Positions 41,291 to 54,208 of a DNA stretch of 64,000 nt are shown here, one piece after another; position 1 is the first letter of the stretch, and every line of letters begins with the position of its first letter. The notes under the pieces were generated by a model that had not been told where the DNA came from, did no database searches, and saw nothing but the letters and a program-made list of their open reading frames with translations. Origin of the DNA: Lytechinus pictus (Eukaryota); contig NC_087249.1 of the NCBI RefSeq assembly GCF_037042905.1, positions 9,364,001 to 9,428,000 of the forward strand, in the 5' to 3' direction. A program made the position numbers and the translations under genes.

Positions 41291-43416
41291 CAAATTCCAT
41301 GATACTGCCTCCTCCCCTAAAATTGATGAAAAAAAGGTAATCTATCAAATATGATTGATTAATATTATGATTAAACTATGGTCTTTACATTATCCAGTGA
41401 ATCTATGAATTCAACAACTCAATGATTTAAAACAGTTGCATAAAATGTAATCAATTTGTAATTTCCTCCTCATTATCAATCTATAGAAAAGTAATTATCA
41501 AAGCAACTGATCAATGGAAATGATAATTGAAAATTACAGTGAAACCTGTCTCCAAGACCACTTCATTAAACTTAAATCGATGTACATATGTCCATGAATT
41601 ATAATCCAAATACAATTGATGAAAATTATTCATAGTATATAATGGAATAAAGAATGTAATCAATTAGAATAATACCAATAATCAATTTTAAACAATGTTT
41701 TAAAATGATAATTGAACAAAATATATTGATTTAGTGTTTATTCGCTACTTCAAATGGCATCAATTCCATAGAATATATCTCTCTATCAAATATTATCCAG
41801 CTCTAAAGCTTCAATTTATTACCAATGATTGCAAGCAAAAGAAACTAAACACTTGCATTGTAAACATGCAAAGTGGTACCTCTCCAATTTTCTGAGTATG
41901 TGCACATTATCTCTTTGATGTTCCAAGTATGAACACATTTTTTATTCATTGCATACCCTTCTCCTTTTACTTAAGCACCTATATGAAACTTGGGCGCCAC
42001 CTTGTTTCAAGTACTACCCTTTACAGGGTGAATACTTCATGAATACTAAAGCAGCTCAAACATTTAATTTTTTATGCAGACGATTATCGGTAATATTTCA
42101 TCACATTCTATTGATGTAACGGATAAGGGGAACATGGAACTTTTGCCAATTTGATGAAAACCATGTTATCACATGTAGTGTGGACAATAAATTTAGTTTC
42201 ACTCAAATTATTTACAAAGAGCAAACACCCTTGTATTACGGCACTTTCTTCCTGAAACATAGACAACTTCAAAGGAAGATGTTCCGGCACTGTTATGTTC
42301 AATGTTTATTATGCATAATGAAGACTTGCTTGCTGCATACTTTATGGGTGCAGTCACCCTGTATCCGAATGCCTTTCACGTAAAACAATATCCAATTTGG
42401 AGAAGAAGATTTATTCCCCGACCACCTCGTGACAATATCGATCTTTATCTCAGACAAAATAGAGATAGAGAAAGGGAGGGAAGAGAGAGATGGGGGGGGG
42501 GGGGGGAGAACAGTGGAATGGATGCTGATTGGTATATCTTGAAGCTTTAGCAAAGCAAAAAGTGAGAATTTTCACATAAAAGCGATGAAAATGACACTCA
42601 GATGAGATGCCCTCAAATTGACAGAATTATTAAATATTAAATATACCCTTGAGGATCACTATCTTGGGGCCTTATCAGAGAACCACTGAAGTTATTATAG
42701 CTATGACGTAATTATATTGGATGTGAATAGGTAGCCTGAATGCTTCACTTAACCCATGTATGCAAGTCCCAAATTTACGCTTAAAATTTTGTTAAATATC
42801 AATGTGCATGAAAGACAGCTGTGTGTACTGTCCACTTTCTACATGAGGTCCTTCTCCTATGGATTCATAAGAAAGTCAACTTAACAAAGTCACTCATAAT
42901 GAAGAGCAAACTTCAACTATTCAATATGAATCAGATTTGCAACTTGAAGTACAACTAGATTTTAATTCGTCATGCGGACGAATTAGGTGGTCTGTCGTAT
43001 AGATAGATAAACAGGAAAAAAATATTTAAACAGATATTAGATTGAAAAATAGATAGACAAACAGATTTACATAATCAAACAGATACATACAAGAAAGATA
43101 ATTATATTAGATGGATGGAGTGATGGATGGAGAGATAAATTATAGGTGGTTATATTAATAAAACATAGACATATATAGATAGATATAGAGAGACAGACAT
43201 ATAGATAGAGAGACAGACATATAGATAGATAGAGAGACAGACTTATAGATAGAGAGATAGATTGATAGATATATGGATATATAGATAGATAGAGAGATGA
43301 TTGGTGGTTATATTAATAAAACATATATAAACATATAGATAGAAAGAGAGACAGACAGATAGATAGATAGACAGATAGATAGACAGACATATATATAGAT
43401 AGAGAGACAGACATAT

Positions 43417-43609
43417 CATGAAGCTATTACGAGCTATCTCGTAATAGCTTCATGCTGCGTGGTCCTATCGCGTTATGTAAGCGGGCTCTAACTTTCGCCT
43501 GGCGGCTCGCCAATTGATGTTAGATATCGTTCCTTCGCCCGAAGGAAGCGATAACAAAGGATTAAGAGAGAAATTGGAAGATGGTTCTCCTTCTCGTGAT
43601 AGCTTCATG
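43417..43609. other. 193-bp triple-inverted-repeat module inside the GATA tract (present in all six units)
   Basis: catgaagctattacgag-ctat-ctcgtaatagcttcatg ... ctcgtgatagcttcatg, with an internal hairpin tatcgttccttcg-cc-cgaaggaagcgata. Confidence 0.75.
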
Positions 43610-43702
43610 GATAGATAGACAGACATATAGATAGACAAACATATAGATAGACAGAGAGACAGAAATATAGATAGATAGAGAGACAGACATATAGATAGAT
43701 AT

Positions 43703-43735
<33 letters not shown>

Positions 43736-44252
43736 CATATAGATAGATACAGAGACAGACATATAGATTGATAGAGATCGAGACAGAGATAGATAGAGAG
43801 ACAGACATATAGATGAATAGAGAGACAGACATATAGATAGATAGATAGATAGATAGACAGATAGATAGATAGATAGAGAGACAGACAGACAGATAGATAG
43901 ATAGATATATAGATAGATAGATAGATAGAGACAGGCAGATGGATGGATAGATAGATAGACATATCTAAACAGATAGATACATATATATTAGACAGAGAGA
44001 GAGAGAGAGAGATAAACAGACAGATAGATATACAATGTAGGTAGATAGACAGACAGACATATGGATAGATAGAGAGAGAGGGACGTATTCAAACAGAAAG
44101 ATATATATTAGACAGAGAGATAGATATGTCATGTAGGTAGATAGACAGACAGATAAATAGATATGATATAAAAAAGTAATTATAATCTGTTTTATTTTGC
44201 AATATTTTAGCTATTATTTGTTAGAATTCTTATAATTGATCGTGGGCAAGAT

Positions 44253-45838
44253 TATGAAAGACCATTAGTGCCACGGAGAAAAAAAAACACTATTTCTACT
44301 AATCTGTTATAACAGATTACGGTATTTCTACTAATCTGTTTAAACAGATTATAATCTGTTATAACAGATTACGGTATTTCTACTAATCTGTTATAACAGA
44401 TTACGGTATTTCTACTAATCTGTTTAAACAGATTATAATCTGTTATAACAGATTACGGTATTTCTACTAATCTGTTATAACAGATTACGGTATTTCTACT
44501 AATCTGTTTAAACAGATTACGGTATTTCTACTAATCTGTTATAACAGATTATAATCTGTTATAACAGATTACGGTATTTCTACTAATCTGTTTAAACAGA
44601 TTATAATCTGTTATAACAGATTACGGTATTTCTACTAATCTGTTATAACAGATTACGGTATTTCTACTAATCTGTTTAAACAGATTATAATCTGTTATAA
44701 CAGATAACAGATCAACAAGATACGACCTTCTTTTGTCACTTAACTTCCGCTATAGTGGCTGTGATGACGTCACCCGCACACGCTCGTTGAAACTGTCGAC
44801 CACTAGCGTTCGACCAATAAAAATGAAAATAGCGACTGGAAAAAAATGAGTATTGCGTCTCCGAAATGGTGCAAACAAAAGGGAAATTGTATTTCTCCCT
44901 AGCGATATAGATTAGGATGTAGGATTGAAGGATTTGATGTGATATAATGGGGCTAGAAATAGAGATGCACGTAAATGCTTATATCTTCCCCTCTCTCCCT
45001 CTTTGTCATGTTAGTTTAATCTGCGCAAACTTCCTGTTGAACGTAGTCTCCTCATTGTTACACATCCATAATGATTAAGATTAACAGGTAGAATTCGGGT
45101 AGTTGAATAATATTAAGAAATTCGTGCTTTATTTCTAGCCCCATTATATCACATCAAATCCTTCAATCCTACATCCTAATCTATATCGCTAGGGAGAAAT
45201 ACAATTTCCCTTTGTTTGCACCATTTCGGAGACGCAATAGTCATTTTTTTCCAGTCGCTATTTTCATTTTTATTGGTCGAACGCTAGTGGTCGACAGTTT
45301 CAACGAGCGTGTGCGGGTGACGTCATCACAGCCACTATAGCGGAAGTTAAGTGACAAAAGAAGGTCGTATCTTGTTGATCTGTAATCTGTTATAACAGAT
45401 TATAATCTGTTTAAACAGATTAGTAGAAATACCGTAATCTGTTATAACAGATTAGTAGAAATACCGTAATCTGTTATAACAGATTATAATCTGTTTAAAC
45501 AGATTAGTAGAAATACCGTAATCTCTTATAACAGATTAGTAGAAATACCGTAATCTGTTATAACAGATTATAATCTGTTTAAACAGATTAGTAGAAATAC
45601 TGTAATCTGTTATAACAGATTAGTAGAAATACCGTAATCTGTTATAACAGATTATAATCTGTTTAAACAGATTAGTAGAAATACCGTAATCTGTTATAAC
45701 AGATTAGTAGAAATACCGTAATCTGTTATAACAGATTATAATCTGTTTAAACAGATTAGTAGAAATACCGTAATCTGTTATAACAGATTAGTAGAAATAG
45801 TGTTTTTTTTTTCTCCGTGGCACTAATGGTCTTTCGTA
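44253..45838. mobile_element. Foldback non-autonomous DNA transposon, TAY..RTA termini, 6-bp TSD CAAGAT (IS3EU-like)
   Basis: caagat|tatgaaagaccattagtgccacggaga ... tctccgtggcactaatggtctttcgta|caagat. It has ~710-bp inverted arms and a ~165-bp spacer. The empty site is visible in units 2-6. Confidence 0.88.
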
Positions 45839-45848
45839 CAAGATAGCT

Positions 45849-45960
45849 AAAAAAAAAAAAAAAAAAAAAAAAATCATGTTCACCCGCGGACTCGAACCCC
45901 TGCCCGCATGATGGAATGAGAAGCAAGTCTGACGCCTAACCGATTGAGCTAGAATATTTC
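45849..45960 (-). other. tRNA-like Pol III cassette (A box, B box, poly-T); copies also at ~49468-49580, 52099-52210, 54734-54845, 57373-57484 and 59997-60107
   Basis: The minus strand reads TAGCTCAATCGGTTAGGCGTCAGAC...GGGGTTCGAGTCC...ATGA followed by ~25 T. Acceptor and anticodon stems do not pair, so this is not a functional tRNA. Confidence 0.7.
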
Positions 45961-47918
45961 CCATAGACTTAACACGTAAGCAAAACACCAGAATCTCAAA
46001 TCCAATCTTGCAAGTGAATTACGGGCATGATCCCGGCATCTGATCGGAAAATGAAGGAAACGCAACCGAAAGCTTAGAATCTCAGCTACAACATACTAAA
46101 AGCTCAGGGATAACTAGCAACAAAAATTGGAGATATGGCTTACGAAATAGAAGAATGTAGAATCTAGTTTTGAGAAAAAGTCATGTCCCATAGAGATTAC
46201 ACGCAAAATGAGTAAAAATGACATGCCATTATTATTTGCAATTTTTGAGGATGATCTGTTTATCAAAATGAAAAATAAAGGCAATAACTCAGAAAGAGTA
46301 AGAACTAAGCTACAACATATCAAAAATTGGGTGAAAATTGACCAATATTCACGGAGTTAGAGCAAGATTTGCATAATTATAATGACGTCATAATAGGCAA
46401 AATGGATTTTTTGACTTCCGACGCCATTTTGATGACGTCATAATATACTTGAGGGTCAAATGAGACATGAAATTATATCTCTAGTTCATACTCTATCAAA
46501 ATATGAAAAAAAAATTGGGGGTCCCCATGCGTTCTGAAGAGCTACAGCGGATTTTCTATAGGCATGTTTTTGCCCATATATGGCCTATAGTGAGAGCTCG
46601 CGCGCACACGTGCTGCAAACTTTAACGGGTGTTAATTTCCTTATTAATGGTCGTAGAAGGTTGATCAAGGTATCAAATTGCTCAAAATTATATGATCAAT
46701 GCAATGAAATAAAAAAAACGGTGTTTCTGAGTTGCATTCAAGGCGTTACGCGCGGAAACGCGCGCGCATACGTTTGCGCGCGCAATTTTTTGAAATGCTT
46801 AAAATGACCTAAAACGTACTCTGTTTTGGTCAAAAAGTGATTTTTAGCATTTTAAAATTTTGACGCGCGCGTACGCGCGCGTCGTGACCTTCAGGTGACC
46901 TTTGATGACATGACCTGATGACCCTTGATCTGAAGTTTATGTCATGTGAATTTGATTGATTTTTGATAATTGATAATGGAGATATGATTGATAATGTGAT
47001 TTTACAAAATGGCGTCTAGATGACGTCATGATGACGTCATGACATTAAGATTCTTGCAGAATTGAGGTCTTATTGATGTTGATATGTGGTGATATTTTGA
47101 TGATTATTGAATATGAACTTTCTGAGATTTGCTGTCCACAAGAAATGGAGGAAATAAAAATAAGAAATAACTAGATTTTAATTCGTCATGCGGACGAATT
47201 AGGTGGTCTGTCGTATAGATAGATAAACAGGAAAAAAATATTTAAACAGATATTAGATTGAAAAATAGATAGACAAACAGATTTACATAATCAAACAGAT
47301 ACATACAAGAAAGATAATTATATTAGATGGATGGAGTGATGGATGGAGAGATAAATTATAGGTGGTTATATTAATAAAACATAGACATATATAGATAGAT
47401 ATAGAGAGACAGACATATAGATAGAGAGACAGACATATAGATAGATAGAGAGACAGACTTATAGATAGAGAGATAGATTGATAGATATATAGATATATAG
47501 ATAGATAGAGAGATGATTGGTGGTTATATTAATAAAACATATATAAACATATAGATAGAAAGAGAGACAGACAGATAGATAGATAGACAGATAGATAGAC
47601 AGACATATATATAGATAGAGAGACAGACATATCATGAAGCTATTACGAGCTATCTCGTAATAGCTTCACGCTGCGTGGTCCTATCGCGTTATGTAAGCGG
47701 GCTCTAACTTTCGCCTGGCGGCTCGCCAATTGATGTTAGATATCGTTCCTTCGCCCGAAGGAAGCGATAACAAAGGATTAAGAGAGAAATTGGAAGATGG
47801 TTCTCCTTCTCGTGATAGCTTCATGGATAGATAGACAGACATATAGATAGACAAACATATAGATAGACAGAGAGACAGAAATATAGATAGATAGAGAGAC
47901 AGACATATAGATAGATAT

Positions 47919-47955
<37 letters not shown>

Positions 47956-48449
47956 CATATAGATAGATACAGAGACAGACATATAGATTGATAGAGATCG
48001 AGACAGAGATAGATAGAGAGACAGACATATAGATGAATAGAGAGACAGACATATAGATAGATAGATAGATAGATAGACAGATAGATAGATAGATAGAGAG
48101 ACAGACAGACAGATAGATAGATAGATATATAGATAGATAGATAGATAGAGACAGGCAGATGGATGGATAGATAGATAGACATATCTAAACAGATAGATAC
48201 ATATATATTAGACAGAGAGAGAGAGAGAGAGATAAACAGACAGATAGATATACAATGTAGGTAGATAGACAGACAGACATATGGATAGATAGAGAGAGAG
48301 GGACGTATTCAAACAGAAAGATATATATTAGACAGAGAGATAGATATGTCATGTAGGTAGATAGACAGACAGATAAATAGATATGATATAAAAAAGTAAT
48401 TATAATCTGTTTTATTTTGCAATATTTTAGCTATTATTTGTTAGAATTC

Positions 48450-49434
48450 TACGAAAGACCATTAGTGCCACGGAGAAAAAAAACCCACACTTTCTACTAA
48501 TCTGTTATAACAGATTACGGTATTTCTACTAATCTGTTATAACAGATTACGGTACTTCAACTAATCTGTTTAAACAGATTATAATCTGTAATAACAGATT
48601 ACGGTATTTGTACTAATCTGTAATAACAGATTACGGTACTTCAACTAATCTGTAATAACAGATTACGGTACTTCAACTAATCTGTTTAAACAGATTATAA
48701 TCTGTAATAACAGATTACGGTATTTCTACTAATCTGTTATAACAGATTACGGTACTTCAACTAATCTGTTTAAACAGATTATAATCTGTAATAACAGATT
48801 ACGGTATTTCTACTAATAACAGATTACTTCAAATAAACAGATTATAATAAACAGATTATAATCTGTAATAACAGATTACGGTATTTCTACTAATCTGTAA
48901 TAACAGATTACTTCAAATAATCTATAATAACAGATTACGGTACTTCAACTAATCTGTTTAAACAGATTATAATCTGTAATAACAGATTACGGTATTTCTA
49001 CTAATCTGTTATAACAGATTACGGTACTTCAACTAATCTGTTTAAACAGATTATAATCTGTAATAACAGATTACGGTATTTGTACTAATCTGTTATAACA
49101 GATTATAATCTGTAATAACAGATTACGGTATTTCTACTAATCTGTAATAACAGATTACGGTATTTCTTCTAATCTGTAATAACAGATTATAATCTGTTAT
49201 TACAGATTATAATCTGTTTAATAACAGATTATAATCTGTTATTACAGATTATAATCTGTTTAAACAGATTAGTTGAAGTACCGTAATCTGTTATAACAGA
49301 TTAGTAGAAATACCGTAATCTGTTATTACAGATTATAATCTGTTTAAACAGATAAGTAAAGATACCGTAATCTGTTATTACAGATTAGTAGAAATAGTGT
49401 TTTTTTTCCTCCGTGGCACTAATGGTCTTTCGTA
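48450..49434. mobile_element. Second element of the same foldback family, 6-bp TSD GAATTC
   Basis: gaattc|tacgaaagaccattagtgccacggaga ... ctccgtggcactaatggtctttcgta|gaattc. The interior consists only of aatctgt(t/a)ataacagatt-type repeats. Confidence 0.88.
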
Positions 49435-51544
49435 GAATTCTTATAATTGATCGTGGGCAAGATAGCTAAAAAAAAAAAAAAAAAAAAAAAAATCATGTTC
49501 ACCCGCGGACTCGAACCCCTGCCTGCATGATGGAATGAGAAGTAAGTCTGACGCCTAACCGATTGAGCTAGAATATTTCCCATAGACTTAACACGTAAGC
49601 AAAACACCAGAATCTCAAATCCAATCTTGCAAGTGAATTACGGGCATGATCCCGACATCTGATCGGAAAATGAAGGAAACGCAGCCGAAAGCTTAGAATC
49701 TCAGCTACAACATACTAAAAGCTCAGGGATAACTAGCAACAAAAATTGGAGATATGGCTTACGAAATAGAAGAATGTAGAATCTAGTTTTGAGAAAAAGT
49801 CATGTCCCATAGAGATTACACGCAAAATGAGTAAAAATGACATGCCATTATTATTTGCAATTTTTGAGGATGATTTGTCTATCAAAATGAAAAAAAAAGG
49901 CAATAACTCAGAAAGAGTAAGAACTAAGCTACAACATATCAAAAATTGGGTGAAAATTGACCAATATTCACGGAGTTAGAGCAAGATTTGCATAATTATA
50001 ATGACGTCATAATAGGCAAAATGGATTTTTTGAATTCCGACGCCATTTTGATGACGTCATAATATAATTGAGGGTCAAATGAGACATGAAATTATATCTC
50101 TAGTTCATACTCTATCAAAATATGAAAAAAAAATTGGGGGTCCCCATGCGTTCTGAAGAGCTACAGCGGATTTTCTATAGGCATGTTTTTGCCCATATAT
50201 GGCCTATAGTGAGAGCTCGCGCGCACACGTGCTGCAAACTTTAACGGGTGTTAATTTCCTTATTAATGGTCGTAGAAGGTTGATCAAGGTATCAAATTGC
50301 TCAAAATTATATGATCAATGCAATGAAATAAAAAAAAACGGTGTTTCTGAGTTGCATTGAGGCGTTACGCGCGGAAACGCGCGCGCATACGTTTGCGCGC
50401 GCAATTTTTTGAAATGCTTAAAATGACCTAAAACGTACTCTGTTTTGGTCAAAAAGTGATTTTTAGCATTTTAAAATTTTGACGCGCGCGTACGCGCGCG
50501 TCGTGACCTTCAGGTGACCTTTGATGACATGACCTGATGACCCTTGATCTGAAGTTTATGTCATGTGAATTTGATTTATTTTTGATAATTGATAATGGAG
50601 ATATGATTGATAATGTGATTTTACAAAATGGCGTCTAGATGACGTCATGATGACGTCATGACATTAAGATTCTTGAAGAATTGAGGTCTTATTGATGTTG
50701 ATATGTGCTGATATTTTGATGATTATTGAATATGAACTTTCTGAGATTTGCTGTCCACAAGAAATGGAGGAAATAAAAATAAGAAATAAAAATAAACTAG
50801 ATTTTAATTCGTCATGCGGACGAATTAGGTGGTCTGTCGTATAGATAGATAAACAGGAAAAAAATATTTAAACAGATATTAGATTGAAAAATAGATAGAC
50901 AAACAGATTTACATAATCAAACAGATACATACAAGAAAGATAATTATATTAGATGGATGGAGTGATGGATGGAGAGATAAATTATAGGTGGTTATATTAA
51001 TAAAACATAGACATATATAGATAGATATGGAGAGACAGACATATAGATAGAGAGACAGACATATAGATAGATAGAGAGACAGACTTATAGATAGAGAGAT
51101 AGATTGATAGATATATAGATATATAGATAGATAGAGAGATGATTGGTGGTTATATTAATAAAACATATATAAACATATAGATAGAAAGAGAGACAGACAG
51201 ATAGATAGATAGACAGATAGATATACAGACATATATATAGATATAGAGACAGACATATCATGAAGCTATTACGAGCTATCTCGTAATAGCTTCATGCTGC
51301 GTGGTCCTATCGCGTTATGTAAGCGGGCTCTAACTTTCGCCTGGCGGCTCGCCAATTGATGTTAGATATCGTTCCTTCGCCCGAAGGAAGCGATAACAAA
51401 GGATTAAGAGAGAAATTGGAAGATGGTTCTCCTTCTCGTGATAGCTTCATGGATAGATAGACAGACATATAGATAGACAAACATATAGATAGACAGAGAG
51501 ACAGAAATATAGATAGATAGAGAGACAGACATATAGATAGATAT

Positions 51545-51577
<33 letters not shown>

Positions 51578-54175
51578 CATATAGAAAGATACAGAGACAG
51601 ACATATAGATTGATAGAGATCGAGACAGAGATAGATAGAGAGACAGACATATAGATGAATAGAGAGACAGACATATAGATAGATAGATAGATAGATAGAC
51701 AGATAGATAGATAGATAGAGAGACAGACAGACAGATAGATAGATAGATATATAGATAGATAGATAGATAGAGACAGGCAGATGGATGGATAGATAGATAG
51801 ACATATCTAAACAGATAGATACATATATATTAGACAGAGAGAGAGAGAGAGAGATAAACAGACAGATAGATATACAATGTAGGTAGATAGACAGACAGAC
51901 ATATGGATAGATAGAGAGAGAGGGACGTATTCAAACAGAAAGATATATATTAGACAGAGAGATAGATATGTCATGTAGGTAGATAGACAGACAGATAAAT
52001 AGATATGATATAAAAAAGTAATTATAATCTGTTTTATTTTGCAATATTTTAGCTATTATTTGTTAGAATTCTTATAATTGATCGTGGGCAAGATAGCTAA
52101 AAAAAAAAATAAAATAAAAAAAATCATGTTCACCCGCGGACTCGAACCCCTGCCTGCATGATGGAATGAGAAGTAAGTCTGACGCCTAACCGATTGAGCT
52201 AGAATATTTCCCATAGACTTAACACGTAAGCAAAACACCAGAATCTCAAATCCAATCTTGCAAGTGAATTACGGGCATGATCCCGACATCTGATCGGAAA
52301 ATGAAGGAAACGCAACCGAAAGCTTAGAATCTCAGCTACAACATACTAAAAGCTCAGGGATAACTAGCAACAAAAATTGGAGATATGGCTTACGAAATAG
52401 AAGAATGTAGAATCTAGTTTTGAGAAAAAGTCATGTCCCATAGAGATTACACGCAAAATGAGTAAAAATGACATGCCATTATTATTTGCAATTTTTGAGG
52501 ATGATTTGTCTATCAAAATGAAAAATAAAGGCAATAACTCAGAAAGAGTAAGAACTAAGCTACAACATATCAAAAATTGGGTGAAAATTGACCAATATTC
52601 ACGGAGTTAGAGCAAGATTTGCATAATTATAATGACGTCATAATAGGCAAAATGGATTTTTTGAATTCCGACGCCATTTTGATGACGTCATAATATAATT
52701 GAGGGTCAAATGAGACATGAAATTATATCTCTAGTTCATACTCTATCAAAATATGAAAAAAAAATTGGGGGTCCCCATGCGTTCTGAAGAGCTACAGCGG
52801 ATTTTCTATAGGCATGTTTTTGCCCATATATGGCCTATAGTGAGAGCTCGCGCGCACACGTGCTGCAAACTTTAACGGGTGTTAATTTCCTTATTAATGG
52901 TCGTAGAAGGTTGATCAAGGTATCAAATTGCTCAAAATTATATGATCAATGCAATGAAATAAAAAAAAACGGTGTTTCTGAGTTGCATTGAGGCGTTACG
53001 CGCGGAAACGCGCGCGCATACGTTTGCGCGCGCAATTTTTTGAAATGCTTAAAATGACCTAAAACGTACTCTGTTTTGGTCAAAAAGTGATTTTTAGCAT
53101 TTTAAAATTTTGACGCGCGCGTACGCGCGCGTCGTGACCTTCAGGTGACCTTTGATGACATGACCTGATGACCCTTGATCTGAAGTTTATGTCATGTGAA
53201 TTTGATTTATTTTTGATAATTGATAATGGAGATATGATTGATAATGTGATTTTACAAAATGGCGTCTAGATGACGTCATGATGACGTCATGACATTAAGA
53301 TTCTTGAAGAATTGAGGTCTTATTGATGTTGATATGTGCTGATATTTTGATGATTATTGAATATGAACTTTCTGAGATTTGCTGTCCACAAGAAATGGAG
53401 GAAATAAAAATAAGAAATAAAAATAAACTAGATTTTAATTCGTCATGCGGACGAATTAGGTGGTCTGTCGTATAGATAGATAAACAGGAAAAAAATATTT
53501 AAACAGATATTAGATTGAAAAATAGATAGACAAACAGATTTACATAATCAAACAGATACATACAAGAAAGATAATTATATTAGATGGATGGAGTGATGGA
53601 TGGAGAGATAAATTATAGGTGGTTATATTAATAAAACATAGACATATATAGATAGATATGGAGAGACAGACATATAGATAGAGAGACAGACATATAGATA
53701 GATAGAGAGACAGACTTATAGATAGAGAGATAGATTGATAGATATATAGATATATAGATAGATAGAGAGATGATTGGTGGTTATATTAATAAAACATATA
53801 TAAACATATAGATAGAAAGAGAGACAGACAGATAGATAGATAGACAGATAGATATACAGACATATATATAGATATAGAGACAGACATATCATGAAGCTAT
53901 TACGAGCTATCTCGTAATAGCTTCATGCTGCGTGGTCCTATCGCGTTATGTAAGCGGGCTCTAACTTTCGCCTGGCGGCTCGCCAATTGATGTTAGATAT
54001 CGTTCCTTCGCCCGAAGGAAGCGATAACAAAGGATTAAGAGAGAAATTGGAAGATGGTTCTCCTTCTCGTGATAGCTTCATGGATAGATAGACAGACATA
54101 TAGATAGACAAACATATAGATAGACAGAGAGACAGAAATATAGATAGATAGAGAGACAGACATATAGATAGATAT

Positions 54176-54208
<33 letters not shown>

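Noticed and set aside
43465..43962. Recurrent MSIYLSIYL ORFs in each array unit
   Set aside because: Translations of the GATA microsatellite; frames shift between units.
44290..45800. Palindromic repeats with linkers that look like a CRISPR array
   Set aside because: Linkers are identical rather than unique spacers, there are no cas genes, the context is eukaryotic, and the repeats lie inside TIRs with a TSD.
44253..45838. Polinton/Maverick assignment based on the 6-bp TSD and long TIRs
   Set aside because: Termini are TAY..RTA rather than AG..CT, and there is no coding capacity. IS3EU-like fits better, though it is unconfirmed.
45874..45960. Functional tRNA gene
   Set aside because: A and B boxes are present, but acceptor, anticodon and T stems do not pair.
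46114..46807. Short ORFs (69 and 75 aa) repeated in the units as possible RepHel or transposase fragments
   Set aside because: No HUH, helicase or DDE motifs. The 75-aa ORF is frameshifted in units 2 and 3, and recurrence only reflects DNA duplication.
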